From the human T2T-CHM13v2.0 reference genome, Homo sapiens, in NCBI RefSeq assembly GCF_009914755.1, contig NC_060938.1: a stretch of 64,000 bases of DNA. One strand, written 5' to 3'. The notes under the pieces are model-generated. The model ran no database searches. It was not told the DNA's origin and saw only the letters and a list, made by a program, of their open reading frames with translations. The position numbers and the translations under genes were made by a program. Shown here one piece after another: positions 1 to 11,898 of the stretch. Position 1 is the stretch's first letter, and the number at the start of each line of letters is the position of its first letter.

Positions 1-487
1 CGACTTTATAAACTCTTTTTATTACTGTCCTTCCTTTTCTGATCCCTTGATGATTATTAATTGGTTCCAGTGGTGTATATTTCAGATATTTAATTAAGTC
101 TTCCTTTCTGTCCAACTCTCTGCCAAAACATATTTTTCATTTTTATACCTGCAATGCTCAAACATAAGTTGATGCCAAATGCATGCTGTTTGATTACATT
201 CCATCCAGATTTACTTCCAAGCAGGACGAGGCCTGTAGCATTTATTTCAAGTAGCTTTACAAAGAGCCATTCTTGGCCCTCAATGTGTGTGGCAGGCGGG
301 GAGGCAGGAGAGGAAAATGAGGTAGATGTCCTTCCCATACCTTAACTAGTTTTTGAGAGAAATGGAAAATGGCAGATCAGATGCCATTGGCCGTTTGCCC
401 AATTAAGCCATAGCAGTGTTAGCTAAGATGTGATCAATATGGAAGACTTGGTCTGCAGAGCCTTTTTTAGCTGTGCTCCTGTACTAG

Positions 488-546
488 TCAAGCACCTCCT
501 GCAACTTTGTGGTAAATTCAAGCACCTCGTGCAACTTTGTGGTAAA
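488..546. repeat. 30-bp tandem duplication (2 copies)
   Basis: tcaagcacctcctgcaactttgtggtaaa at 488 and tcaagcacctcgtgcaactttgtggtaaa at 518; one mismatch (499/529). Confidence 0.95.
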
Positions 547-734
547 AACCATCCTCATGAGTTAGAGCCTTGTCTTATAAGAAGGAAGAGGACAGCTTCT
601 GGGTGAGACACGTGCTGGCCATCATGCTGTTGCCTAATCTGTCACCTCAACTATTGATTCCCAGCTCTTGATTCTCATTGTTCATTCATGGAGTTGTTTC
701 TAAATAATGGTGACTAGAGAGGAGGAAATGGTGT

Positions 735-1260
735 TATATTAGTTCTCTATTGCTGCATAACAAATAACTCCAAAACGTAGCAGCTCAAAAATCAACAAGG
801 CATTACCTCCTAATTTTTGCAGGTCAGGAATCCAGATGTGGCTTAGCTGGGTGCCTCTGGCTTAGAGTCCCTCCATAAGGCTGCAACCGAGGTGACAGCC
901 AGGGCTTCAGTCACCTCAACTTGGGAGAGATCTGCTTCCAAGCCCTTACCTATGGCTGGTGGCAGGCCTTAGTCATTGTGGACTGTTGGCCACAGATAAT
1001 ACTTCATTGGCACAAGAGCCTTTCTACAGGACAGCTTACAACTTAATAGCTGTCTTTGATTGAGGGTTGGGGAGAAGGTGGAAGCCATTGTTGTTTTCAA
1101 TCTAATCTTGAAAGTGACATCCTGTCACCTCTACTGTATTCTATTCATCACTTAGAAGTGAGTCAATAAGTATAGGACATTTAAGGGGAGGGAATAATCA
1201 AGGGTATGAATACCAGGAGGCTGAGACAGTTGGGAGCCACCTTATAGACTGCCTTACACA
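735..1260 (-). mobile_element. MaLR solo LTR, MLT1F/G/H-like
   Basis: Starts tattagttctctattgctgcataacaaataactccaaaac and ends gaataccaggaggctgagacagttgggagccaccttatagactgccttacaca, matching reverse-complemented MLT1 termini. Confidence 0.8.
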
Positions 1261-3244
1261 GGTGTAAAAAGCATGAAATAGACATTAGACAAATGCAGGG
1301 TCTGCTGAGATGGCGTGTAAAAAGTTCTATCACAGGGCTTGCCACAGAGTAGAGAAGCATTGCATTTATTTCTTGCCACCCCCAGCACATTGCCTGGTGC
1401 ATTGTGGGCACTCAAGTACCTACATGCCCATGAAACTGTGTCTAGTTTACTAAAAACAAAGAGTCTCTCTGTTCCAAAAGAGATTAATGTTTGGTGTTAT
1501 CCTTTCTGGACAATTTTCTTCCTATGCTTCATTTCTCCAGTTATCGTCAAGGGAATGGATTTAAGTCTGAAATAAAATCACTCAAAAATAAGGAATAGCT
1601 GAAGCAGACCTAGAATTACCTTGGTGGAATTACCTTCTTAAGAACAATTAGAAGTTTATTCTTTAGGTCAGGAATGCTGTTGCCAATCTTCCACAGCAGG
1701 TGATAAGAATTAAATTCCCTCATGACCGAGGAAACGTTCTTTCTGCTAATCTGGTTCCACCTGGAGGTTCAACAAATAGAAGATAGAGCACACGGTGTGT
1801 TTAGTCTTAACCACATAGCCCGAGGCACTGGGGAAGTGTCCACACGATGTTTGCCTTCTGTGAACCTGGAAAGCAATTTTTTTCTAGTTTTCCTTTTTTT
1901 CCTCTTCTTTTCCTATTCATCTGAATTCTTCTGTAGTTAAATTATTAATTTCTCTCCCTACAGAATATAATAAATTACTATCCTTGTTAATTCTTTTATC
2001 AAAGATATGTACTAGGCTTCTGCTTCCACATGGGCCATTTGAAAAACAGTGCTTCATACGATCCCTGAACTTTTTGGCAATTATAAAGAGAGATCACAAA
2101 TGAGTAAGGTTGAAAATTAAACTATAACTGGAATGAAATGTCCTATAGGACTAAACCTATCAGTTGTATTGCAGATCAGCCCCTTATAATTGGTGATGTG
2201 GTATGAGACATTTTATATAACTATAATATATAGGCCATAAATTATTATTATATCAGTCTGTGGTATAATATTGCACCTTAGGGTAGAATTTGCTCCATTT
2301 ACATTATATTCAGGCAGAAAAAATGAAAACATCTGTCAGGGAGAGTATAGCCCTATTGATCAGGTATATATAAGTAAGGTTTACTTATATAAGGCTGAGA
2401 AAAGGGGCTTTCCATTTGATTTCAGTTGTTTTATAGACAAGTTTCTAGTTTGAGGGAGCTATTTAGAAATGTATGTAGCCTTATGTAGAAATTCCAATAA
2501 AGCTTTCAAAAAATAAAGCTGGTATTTATATTGGTTGAAATGGCAAGATAATGAGTCTAAAAGATTTTCCCTTCTGATGTTATTTTTTTTGTTGTTCAGA
2601 ATGACACTTGAAAGATGCCTAAGATTTCTACTGCTGCTCTTAGAATCACAGGATCTCAGGGTAAAATCAAACTTTAGAGGTCATTAATTTCAACCAGCCA
2701 TAAAGGTCTTTTTGTCAAACTTATGACCATTCAAGATACTTTGGTGTCAAAGTAGCTCACAAGATAAAATAAATCACTCGCATGTTAACCCATAGGAGGT
2801 TAAACTTTTGACAGCAGATCTGTGGTGGTAGATACCATGTTTTCTACTGTCCTATTGGAAATGAGTGTTAGAGGCCCATTTCCACTACAAATACTGCCTA
2901 GTGGCTGACTTACATGGTAAAAATCCATCCAACCTTGCTCTGCATACATTCCAGAACTCTAATGCAAAATGATGCCTAAACCATTTTAACTCTATCCATG
3001 CATGAGGACACTAAGTAAGATGAAGCTTGTTTTGATATATACACTTTTTAAAAAGGTAGAAGAATAAGAGGTGGTAAAATAAGTTATTCAATTTATTGAC
3101 TATAGTAACAACTTGGCTCTGATTGTTAATGTTTGTCCCTGCCATGTGATATATAGTTGTGTGAGATTAAAAACCCCCTTGGGTATAATTTTATTTACAC
3201 CAACACATATATTTTGAAGAGATGAATGACCAATTCTGGGAATA

Positions 3245-3400
3245 GTTAGAAGTAAAGAATTTGAATTTTCTGCAGCACTGCTGCACGTTAGGTAAATTCC
3301 TCTCTTTGGGCCTCACTTGCAACACCAATAAAGAGAGGAAGTTATACTAGATGATCTATAAGCCCCTTCCAGCCCTAACATGCTATTAGCCCATGATTCT
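3245..3400 (+). mobile_element. MIR3/MIRc SINE fragment
   Basis: ctctttgggcctcac...actagatgatctataagccccttccagccctaaca resembles the MIR core and MIR3 3' end. Confidence 0.55.
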
Positions 3401-4195
3401 TGTGTAGGGATACCAGAAGAAGATGAAAGAGAGAACCTAACTTATTTTCTGTCACCAGTCCTTATAATTCATGGCATTGTGTATTTCTCCTTGAGTCAAC
3501 ATTGCTTCTTTTAGTGACACAAGCAAGCCTGCTTTCTCCAGCTCCTCAGGAGGCAACTCTGCTACTGCAGAACAAAGATCATTCTCTTCCTGGCACTCTT
3601 CTGATTCCTGGTACCTGTATTCAGTTTCACATTCCCTTTCTTGTTGAGGATGCCATTGCCTATAGAAAGATACTTTAGGTGAATTACCAGGCAAACGTTA
3701 CTAAAGCAAAGATAACTGATAAGGGGGACTAGAATCTTGGAATTTGTGCAAATAAATTCCTTTGTTTGTGAAACTGCAGACTGATTAGAAAACTGTCATA
3801 GTAAAATACTTTAAGCATGTCCTTTTCTCATTTTAAAATAACAACTGGAAGGAAAATATAAATATATCACTGAAATAATGGTTTCTCCATGAAGAAAAAG
3901 ACATTTAGACAAACCAAAAGTGTATATTCTATGGTGTAGTAAATCATTACCTTACTATATTAGGTTAATACTTGATAAAACCTTGTAGTGAGATAAATGG
4001 TGATATGGAGAACTTAAATCTTCAAATGTATGTTTTAAGCCCCATTATAGCTATTTTTTTTCAAACTTACCTACTATAAAGTTTTGTCCAGAGATATTCC
4101 AAAAAAGAATAATAGATTGGTATTAATGTTTCTGCCTCTTTTACTCTTTGGAAGACGTGCCAATAGGCAGGTAAAGAGATCAAAAAGAAAAAGTC

Positions 4196-4497
<302 letters not shown>

Positions 4498-5529
4498 TCA
4501 CCATTTACTTAACAAGGAGCTGTTAGTGTATTAAGAGTATTATGCCATTCAGTCTGATTAAACCACCTGAAGGAACAGTGGAACCTCTTCCTAATCATTC
4601 CCATGTGAGACTTCCTGGGAGACAGCTGGGGGCAGCCAGAAGCAAGTAGCTAGAGAGGACTGTGGATTTCTTTGTGAGGAAATCTGAAACTGGCCACTTT
4701 AAGGCCCCTGGGTTCTACTGAGGTTAAGCGTCTAAAGTGTCCTTGACTCACTCAATTTCAAAGCAAATTCAATTTGATCTCTTGCCTAATAATAAACACT
4801 GGTCAGAAGCAGACATGGAAGGATTTGGAAAATGGTGTTAAAAGATCAAAGAGATCTAAATAAACTATTTTGTTTGAACTAGAGTTACCAAGTAGAATAG
4901 ATTGTTTTACCATAGATGGAGACTCTTTGAGAAGGAGTTAAAATTTGTGGGAGATCCCCAAAATAATGGCAGTTCCCACACACACTTTTCCCCCAGAGTG
5001 TATATAGGGGATATATACCACTTTCTCACCTCCTTTTCCACTTCTTATCATTGTTAGATCTCTAGAAAGTTCATGTAGCTTCTTTCTCCTTTGTCGTTAT
5101 ATGTTTCAGATACCTCACCAGCTTCCTTTGCTTTCATTTACCATATCATAGTGGTAATTTCCTCAATTCCTATATCCTACAAGAGCTTGATGAATGAAAA
5201 GAAGGAAGCCTGTGACAATTATTTTATTCAAGCCTCCAAAGCAGAGTTTTGCCAAATGCTTGTCCTACTTCTCCGTGCGCTTGCCATGGTCTTTGTTTTG
5301 CCTCTTTTTCTTTTGGCAGTTACCCCAACTATAACTGGAATTTCCTGATTGATGAAGATTTAGTGGTCCAAACACAGTCAGTTGTCTTTTGGCCAGAAGG
5401 AAATATACATTATATAATCCGGTGGTTTATCTTCTTATCCCTCCCCCATTAACTTTTTTTTGTTTTGTTTTGGTTTTTGAATCTCTGCTTCCCTTCTCCA
5501 TCCCCTAAGCAAAAGCATAACCAGCACGT

Positions 5530-5690
5530 TTTTTAGCATTTAGTAGATACAAGCCTAGCATTGTGCTAAGTATTTTGCGTCTATTATCTCACTAACTTTT
5601 CAGAACCATCAATGAAGTTAGTTCCTTTATCATCCTTATTTTGTAGATAATACAATTGAGATCCAGTGAAACTATAGTTAGCAAGTGTAG
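5530..5690 (-). mobile_element. MIR SINE
   Basis: gcattgtgctaagtattttg...catccttattttgtagata resembles reverse MIR core/3' part. Confidence 0.6.
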
Positions 5691-5759
5691 GTGCACATAC
5701 TAAAACCAAATGAATGACTTGAAATCCCAAGTGGTTAACATTTATTCCAGAATACTTTC

Positions 5760-6240
5760 CTAATCTGTGCCTGGCACTGCACTAGTTAATGAAAACAGAG
5801 TGAGAAAAGATATGATGTGTCCAGCCAGGTGCGGTGGCTCACGCCTGTAATCCCAACTCTTTGGGAGGCCGAGGCGGGCAGATCATGAGGTCAGGAGACC
5901 GAGACCATCCTGACCAACATGGAGAAACCGTATCTCTACTAAAATACAAAAAAGCAGCCAGGTGTGGTGGCATGCACTTGTAGTATCAGCTACTCAGGAG
6001 GCTGAGGCAGAGGAATCACTTAAACCCTGCCCAGAGGCAGAGGTTGCAGTGAGCCAAGATCGCCACTGCACTCCAGCCTGGGCGACAGAGTGAGACTTTA
6101 TCTCAAAAAAAAAAAAAAAAAATGATATGATGTGTCCAAGCTCTTTGTCTAATGAAGGAGACAGATGTCAAAAAGATAAATTACTATACGGTACAAAAAT
6201 GCTCTTATAGAGGTATGAGCAATGTTCTATGGCAGACAAA
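5760..6240 (-). mobile_element. L2 3' fragment interrupted by an Alu
   Basis: ctgtgcctggcactgcactag...aagatatgatgtgtcc|aagctctttgtctaatgaaggagacaga is colinear with the reverse L2 3' end across the Alu. Confidence 0.55.
5823..6122 (+). mobile_element. AluS (AluSc-like)
   Basis: Full Alu with A-tail; TSD gatatgatgtgtcca at 5809-5823 and 6124-6138. Confidence 0.97.
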
Positions 6241-6498
6241 AAATTAGAAAGAAGACACCCATTTTCCTCATAGTAAACCAAAAATGATCTAAAATATTCC
6301 ATGTTTGTTAAAAAGCAAGATCTTTATGGTTACTGTTAGGCACTGCGGTATGCCTCCCTGGATTGTCAATACCAATGCCATATAGATAGAACAAATAGTT
6401 TGAAAAGACATGAGGACAAAACAGTCTCCCTGTCTCCCAAATAATAGATCCAAAGAATTCTCTGGATTTGAATTTAATGTTCAAGAGAGGGGAAGGCA

Positions 6499-6667
6499 TA
6501 AATATATAAACATATATGTTTCATACATATGTGTATACATATATATGTTTCATACATATATATATACATATATACACATACTTATATATACATACATAAA
6601 TATATTTATATATCCACTTAAAACATATACAAAACTACCTATACATATATACATCTATATATCACAT
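6499..6667. repeat. (TA)/(TACA)-rich degenerate simple repeat
   Basis: atatatgtttcatacatat, tatatacata units. Confidence 0.85.
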
Positions 6668-6877
6668 GTTTCAAGAAGCTGTTTTCTACTAACATCTTCA
6701 TGTACGTAAAATTTAGGTGTTTTATAAATTTATTTGACAGAGCACCCCTAAACCTTTTATATACACACCTCATCAGATGGAAGTAATATATAAAGGAAAG
6801 GCACTGGCTTCATTCTTCTATTTTTAAAAGGAGTGAAAACATTTTTGCATTTGCCAAACTCCTGTGTATGCAAACTA

Positions 6878-6880
<3 letters not shown>

Positions 6881-6916
<36 letters not shown>
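6881..6916. repeat. (GT)18 microsatellite
   Basis: Perfect GT run of 36 nt. Confidence 0.99.
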
Positions 6917-6919
<3 letters not shown>

Positions 6920-7039
6920 CACAGCACCATTTTTGGTGAGGATGGCACAGGGGCTCTCAAAAGAAGGAGTTCTCAGAATCATAGCACCAAAAAGTTGTGA
7001 GTTTGCAATAATCAGAGTCATGGTGAGCATCATGGAAAT

Positions 7040-7200
7040 TTAGAACTAAAAGAGATGTTACAGATTATCTCCAGTCTGAGTCCCTGCCACACATGAGAAA
7101 CTAAGGCCAAGAGATGTTAAATGGCTTGAACACAGAATGATCAGTGGAACAATACCTAGAGCTTCTGTCTTCCAAATGAGTTCTTTTTCCACCTTATCAT
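7040..7200 (-). mobile_element. MIR/MIR3 fragment
   Basis: acatgagaaactaaggccaagagatgttaaatggcttg resembles reverse MIR core. Confidence 0.55.
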
Positions 7201-8344
7201 GCACGTTACATCAGGCATGAATACTGGAAATCTTTCTAATGTAGGGACATCCAAGCAAAACAAGTTGCATACATGTCATAAAAAACTTTTAAAAATTCAG
7301 ATTTACTTCTGGCAAATTCATTCAGGAATTCAAACTCAGATAATTAAATTAATTTCTTAATATTCAAATAAAGACCAGATACACATTGGTATCATCTCTC
7401 TTGTATATTCAGAGTACCAGATAAATGGGATTTTTCACTAGGGGGACAGGATTGCTACACTACACCATTGCCATTTGCATTCACAACACGGGATGGCGGA
7501 AGAGACATTGATACAACATTTTTTCTGCCTCCTTCATTTTTAAATGGATGGTGACATGCTTCACAGCAGCATCTCCAAACAAAAGATGACAAATTCCCAT
7601 TTATTTTCCATCAGTGGCACTGTGTGAGATGTTGTACTAAGTCTAAGCTTGTTGTTCCTGAGGCACAGAAGTCTTTTTCCTGCAGCATATAGCATTACTG
7701 TAAAAATAACCATTCCATTGCCAGTCACTCTGTCAGGAGTATTGGCAGAGTGAAGAAGACTTATTTGATTTCACTAAAGCTATTAGTTTGAAATTCTGAT
7801 CTGTAAATCTGGATGGGAACCACACGAGGGAAAGGATGCCTGCCAGAAGCAATGGGTCTTGTACATTCTCAAAAACAAAGGTCAGATGAAAACACTGGAT
7901 TGAAAATAGAGCCCTAGAAATGAAGCAAGAAGGAAGGAAACTTATATTGAGTGTTTGTAATGTTCCAAGCATTCTGTTAGGCTGTTTACATTATGTACTT
8001 GAAACCGTCAACTGGATTCATCTTTTCCTTCCTTTTTCCACCATTGCTGGCATGTGTGCAAGTGGGGGACCCAGGGAATAGAGACTACAATGTAAAAAAT
8101 GGTTTCGCTGTTATCGTTGTCATGTTTTCCTACGTAAAAAATAGGATAATGTGACTTTTGCTGTTGATAGATGTTTCTTCAAGATCCCAGTAGAGTATTT
8201 TGTGACTGGAAAATTTCTAGAATCTTGAAGGCAAAAATAAGTGAAACTGTAGAGAAGTGTAGGAAAAGTCATCAGGGGTTTTACATAAAACAGTTTTTAT
8301 TAAATCTCCTTTGGAAGGGAGAATTACAACTATCTGAGCTAAGT

Positions 8345-8870
8345 TTTGTTGTGATATGAACGATAGTGACTGCTAAAAGGATAGCATGGGAAAGTTTTTT
8401 GTTTATTTGTTTGTTTTTGAGACAGGATCTTGCTCTGTCATCCAGGCTGGAGTGCAGTGGCAGGATCACAGCCTACTGCAGCCTCGACCCCCACCCCTAA
8501 GCTCAAGCGATCCTCCCACCTCAGCCTCCTGAGTAGCTGAGACTACAGGCCTGTACCACCATGCCTGGTTAATTTATTTATTTATTTTTTTGTAGAGATG
8601 GGGGCCTCTATATTGCCCAGGCTGGTCTCAAACTCCTGGCCTTAAGTGTTCCTCATGCCTCAGCCTCCTAAAATGTTGGGATTATAGATGTGAGTCACTG
8701 CACTTGGCCAGCAAGGGAAAGTTTTGAGGAGTGATGGAAATGTTCTATATCCTAATTGTGGTGATGGTTACATAAATCTATACATGTGTTAAAATTCATA
8801 GAACTATACACCAGAAGGAAAAGGAACCCTTCAATTTCACTGCATGATAATTTACAAAAATAAAATTTCA
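8345..8870 (+). mobile_element. Old L1M (L1MC/MD-like) 3' end, interrupted by AluJ
   Basis: gtgatggaaatgttctatatcctaattgtggtgatggttacataaatctatacatgtgttaaaattcatagaactatacac is typical L1M 3'UTR. Confidence 0.75.
8399..8709 (-). mobile_element. AluJ
   Basis: J-type segments gctcaagcgatcctcccacctcagcc and cagcctcgacc; TSD agca(t/a)gggaaagtttt at 8383-8398 and 8710-8725. Confidence 0.95.
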
Positions 8871-10684
8871 AAAATTCCAGTAGTCAACTCTAAGCCAATA
8901 ATATGTTGGACTATGTCTAACAAAAGGGATATTATTTAAAAATATTGCCAACTGACTATCATTAAAGCCTAATAAATAATAAAAAAGTACTGTCACTCCC
9001 CACATGAGACAAAATTGTCATCTTTACATTTATTTCTTAAAATTATTCTTTCCTGGCATCTGTAATCATCTATGGCTTCTTCATTTCCTATGCCCCTCTG
9101 CTGTTTGGAAAATCAGAAAATAGAAGGCATTTTGGCATTCAGGGTGATAGGTAAATGCCCCTATTGTACCTTCTAATAGGTCAAATATGGTGACTTTGGT
9201 TGGTTCTTATTTTTGTTATTTCTCCAGTCATCAATCGTATTGATTTTTTTAAAAACAAAGGTCAAGCACATGTTCGTAGGTGACACCAGTTGCTTCAGTG
9301 AGTTGGTCCCTTCTGCTTACTGTTCTGGTTTAAACCCCTTGTGGCATTTTCTACTGCATGGATAGTGGTAAATGGGGTTGATAGTGACATAGAAATGAAC
9401 TTAGAAGTAAGTTTATAGACTGTTGGGGACCATCTGTTAATGTAAATGTTTAAGGTAAAATGCATTAAGGCTTAAGAGCTGACGAGACGTTTTATTTGCC
9501 TCCTGCTTTTGGGATTATGCCTGGCACCTGCTTGAGTCTAGAGGGTTCCTGGTTAAACTTGGGAAACCTGGTTTCCTCTTTTATCTGCAGCTGTTCATTT
9601 TCTGGGATGGAATCCTAAGCACTTATTTGAATTGTATTTGTTGAAGTCACTGGGTTATACAGTAAAAATAAGGAGTCATGTTGGTTTTTGTTCGAAGTTT
9701 TAAAGTATGTAAATTAAATACATTTATATGGCTAATTGTCATTTATGGTTACCTACTGTTAAATAGTTGTTTAATTTGTTGTCTTCAGCATTGAAAAGTT
9801 AAGCAGTATCCCTTAGCACTATCAATGTCAGTCAAGATAACAGTTCATTTATTTCATAGATTACTTTGATTAAAATCACTATTAAAGCTATTTGAATTAT
9901 ATTATAATTTTCTGGTGATGTCATAATAAAGAAGTTTTTGAACGTGCCCATTTTATTTTTAACGCTTCAATGTGTATTACTGGAGAAGAAATTGAAGTAA
10001 CATATTTTTACTGTTAATGGGAAAATGGTCTTCTTCAAAAAGGAAAAATCAAACTTACCTCCTAGATATAAATCAATAATTTTCATTTCTAGCATTAACT
10101 TAGTAGTTTAATGACTTGGGCTTATGGAATGATTTTTTTTAGACCACATCAGACCTACCCAAGGGAAAGGAAGCACAAAAAATAGGGAATGATACGTAGA
10201 ATTAGATGGCGAGAAGAAACGAGGAGAGAGAGGGAAAAAGTCTGAATGCAAGACTATTGAAATAAGTGAGTAACACACTTTTCCAGAAAAGATTCATATT
10301 GGAGTTTTCTAGAAGCCTCTGAGTATGATGAGGAAAAAGAAGTGATTAAAATTTGAATGGTTTCCCTATGGGCGGATAAAACTACCTGTTCAGCTGGAAT
10401 GATTCTGATGACCTTGCCTCTGAAGCTTATCCTTTGAGATCAGCAAAAAAGTTCATGTTCTCATCTCTCATTTGAGCTGGAGTTGATTGATGCATAATTA
10501 AGATCCCTAAGGAACAGGTGCAAAAGCTGCAGCGCTTCTAGATTCATCCATTTCTCTCTACTTTTTAAAGACCAGTCTCATGATTCTAATACTATAAACA
10601 CTTGGTGGCTTGGTATTGGGGGCAGAGAGCTTCCGGTAGGATGACATGAGATAGGATGTCATCCTGCCACAGGGAATAAATTCT

Positions 10685-10860
10685 TGGATGAAATTCTACA
10701 GGTCATTTAGCCCATCTCCTATATTGCACAGGATAGGGAGCTGGGGACTCCTGAGGCAAAGTCATTTTCTCAAGGCCGTGTATCTGGTTAGAGGCAGAGG
10801 TAGGAAGGAAACCCAAATCTTTCTATTTTTAGACCATTTGCCTCTCTACTAGGCCATCCC
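10685..10860 (-). mobile_element. MIR/MIR3 fragment
   Basis: aggtcatttagccc...ctcaaggccgtgtatctggttagaggcagagg...aacccaaatct. Confidence 0.55.
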
Positions 10861-11436
10861 TCGCTTTAACTTGGGATCTTAAGCTTCCCTTGTAATTTCT
10901 TGAGAGTAGGTTTTAATCTTCCTACTGTATGCTCTAGAAACTATATGCTGGGGGAAAGCTGAGGGGATAGCATAGAGTAATATCCAATCTTGAATCCTTT
11001 CTCTCATTTTAAATTGTGGTGTTTTAAATTAGCATAGGTAACATAGAGATTATTACTCAGTTGACCACTTTGCACTTGATCTGAGGGACATTGCAGAGTC
11101 ATCACAGATTCTTGAGTTATGAGGTCAGTATTTAATGAAAGGATACGTCGAAGGCTTTTCCTTAACTTTCAAGGACCTGTGGGGATAGTTTCTACTCAAT
11201 GCTTCTTTTTATTCGCTTTCCTAATAAAACTAATATTTAATTATAAAATTAAAAGGAAACAAGTTTGGACTTCCGTATGAAAAGTCTTATACTTGATCTG
11301 TAACTACAAGATGTTAGATGTTCTTCATGCAGATGACAGGCAAAGGTTACTTTTACAGTTCTATGAAAGTAAAAAGCTTTTAAAACATTTGAATGGGAAT
11401 TGGTAAAAGAAGCAGTTCTTAATTATGTCAATTGTC

Positions 11437-11898
11437 TGTAAGAGCTCAGGTGATTATGGTAAACACACCTGATAACAATAACTTAAGAGAGCAACAATAA
11501 CTTTACAGCAGACACACCTGAATGTTGGTGGGAGTTCTGAGCTAAGGAACCCAGAAGTGGCCAACCTGAAGATCAATTCCTTGTCTACGAGGAACATCTG
11601 ATCCCCTGGCCTGTCCCTTGGAACATGGGCCATACAAGGGGTTGAGGCCCTTTGTTTTGGATTAAATGAAGGTTTCCAAGCGGACGTGGTTAGGAGGAGG
11701 GTACTAAGTGAAAATGTGATGTAAACTGCCTGCCTTTTGCAAGTGGTTCTCCTGTCTAGCCTGCTACCTCTGGACTCTCTCCCCTGTATGCAAGGCCCCA
11801 GTAAAACCCCAGGTCTCATTTGCTGGCTCTGGTTCTCTCCTTCAGCCTCTTGAACATGCTGCCATCCCCGGTGGAGTCAATAGGAAGTCGGCACAACA
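11437..11898 (+). mobile_element. ERVL solo LTR, LTR47-like
   Basis: TG...CA termini; internal gaggaacatctga, ggactctctcccctgtatg, degenerate polyA signal agtaaa, end ggagtcaataggaagtcggcacaaca. Confidence 0.75.

Noticed and set aside
488-546. CRISPR-like array
   Set aside because: Only two abutting copies, no spacers, eukaryotic context
11454-11819. 121-aa minus-strand ORF
   Set aside because: Lies wholly within the solo LTR, antisense, with no retroviral protein motif
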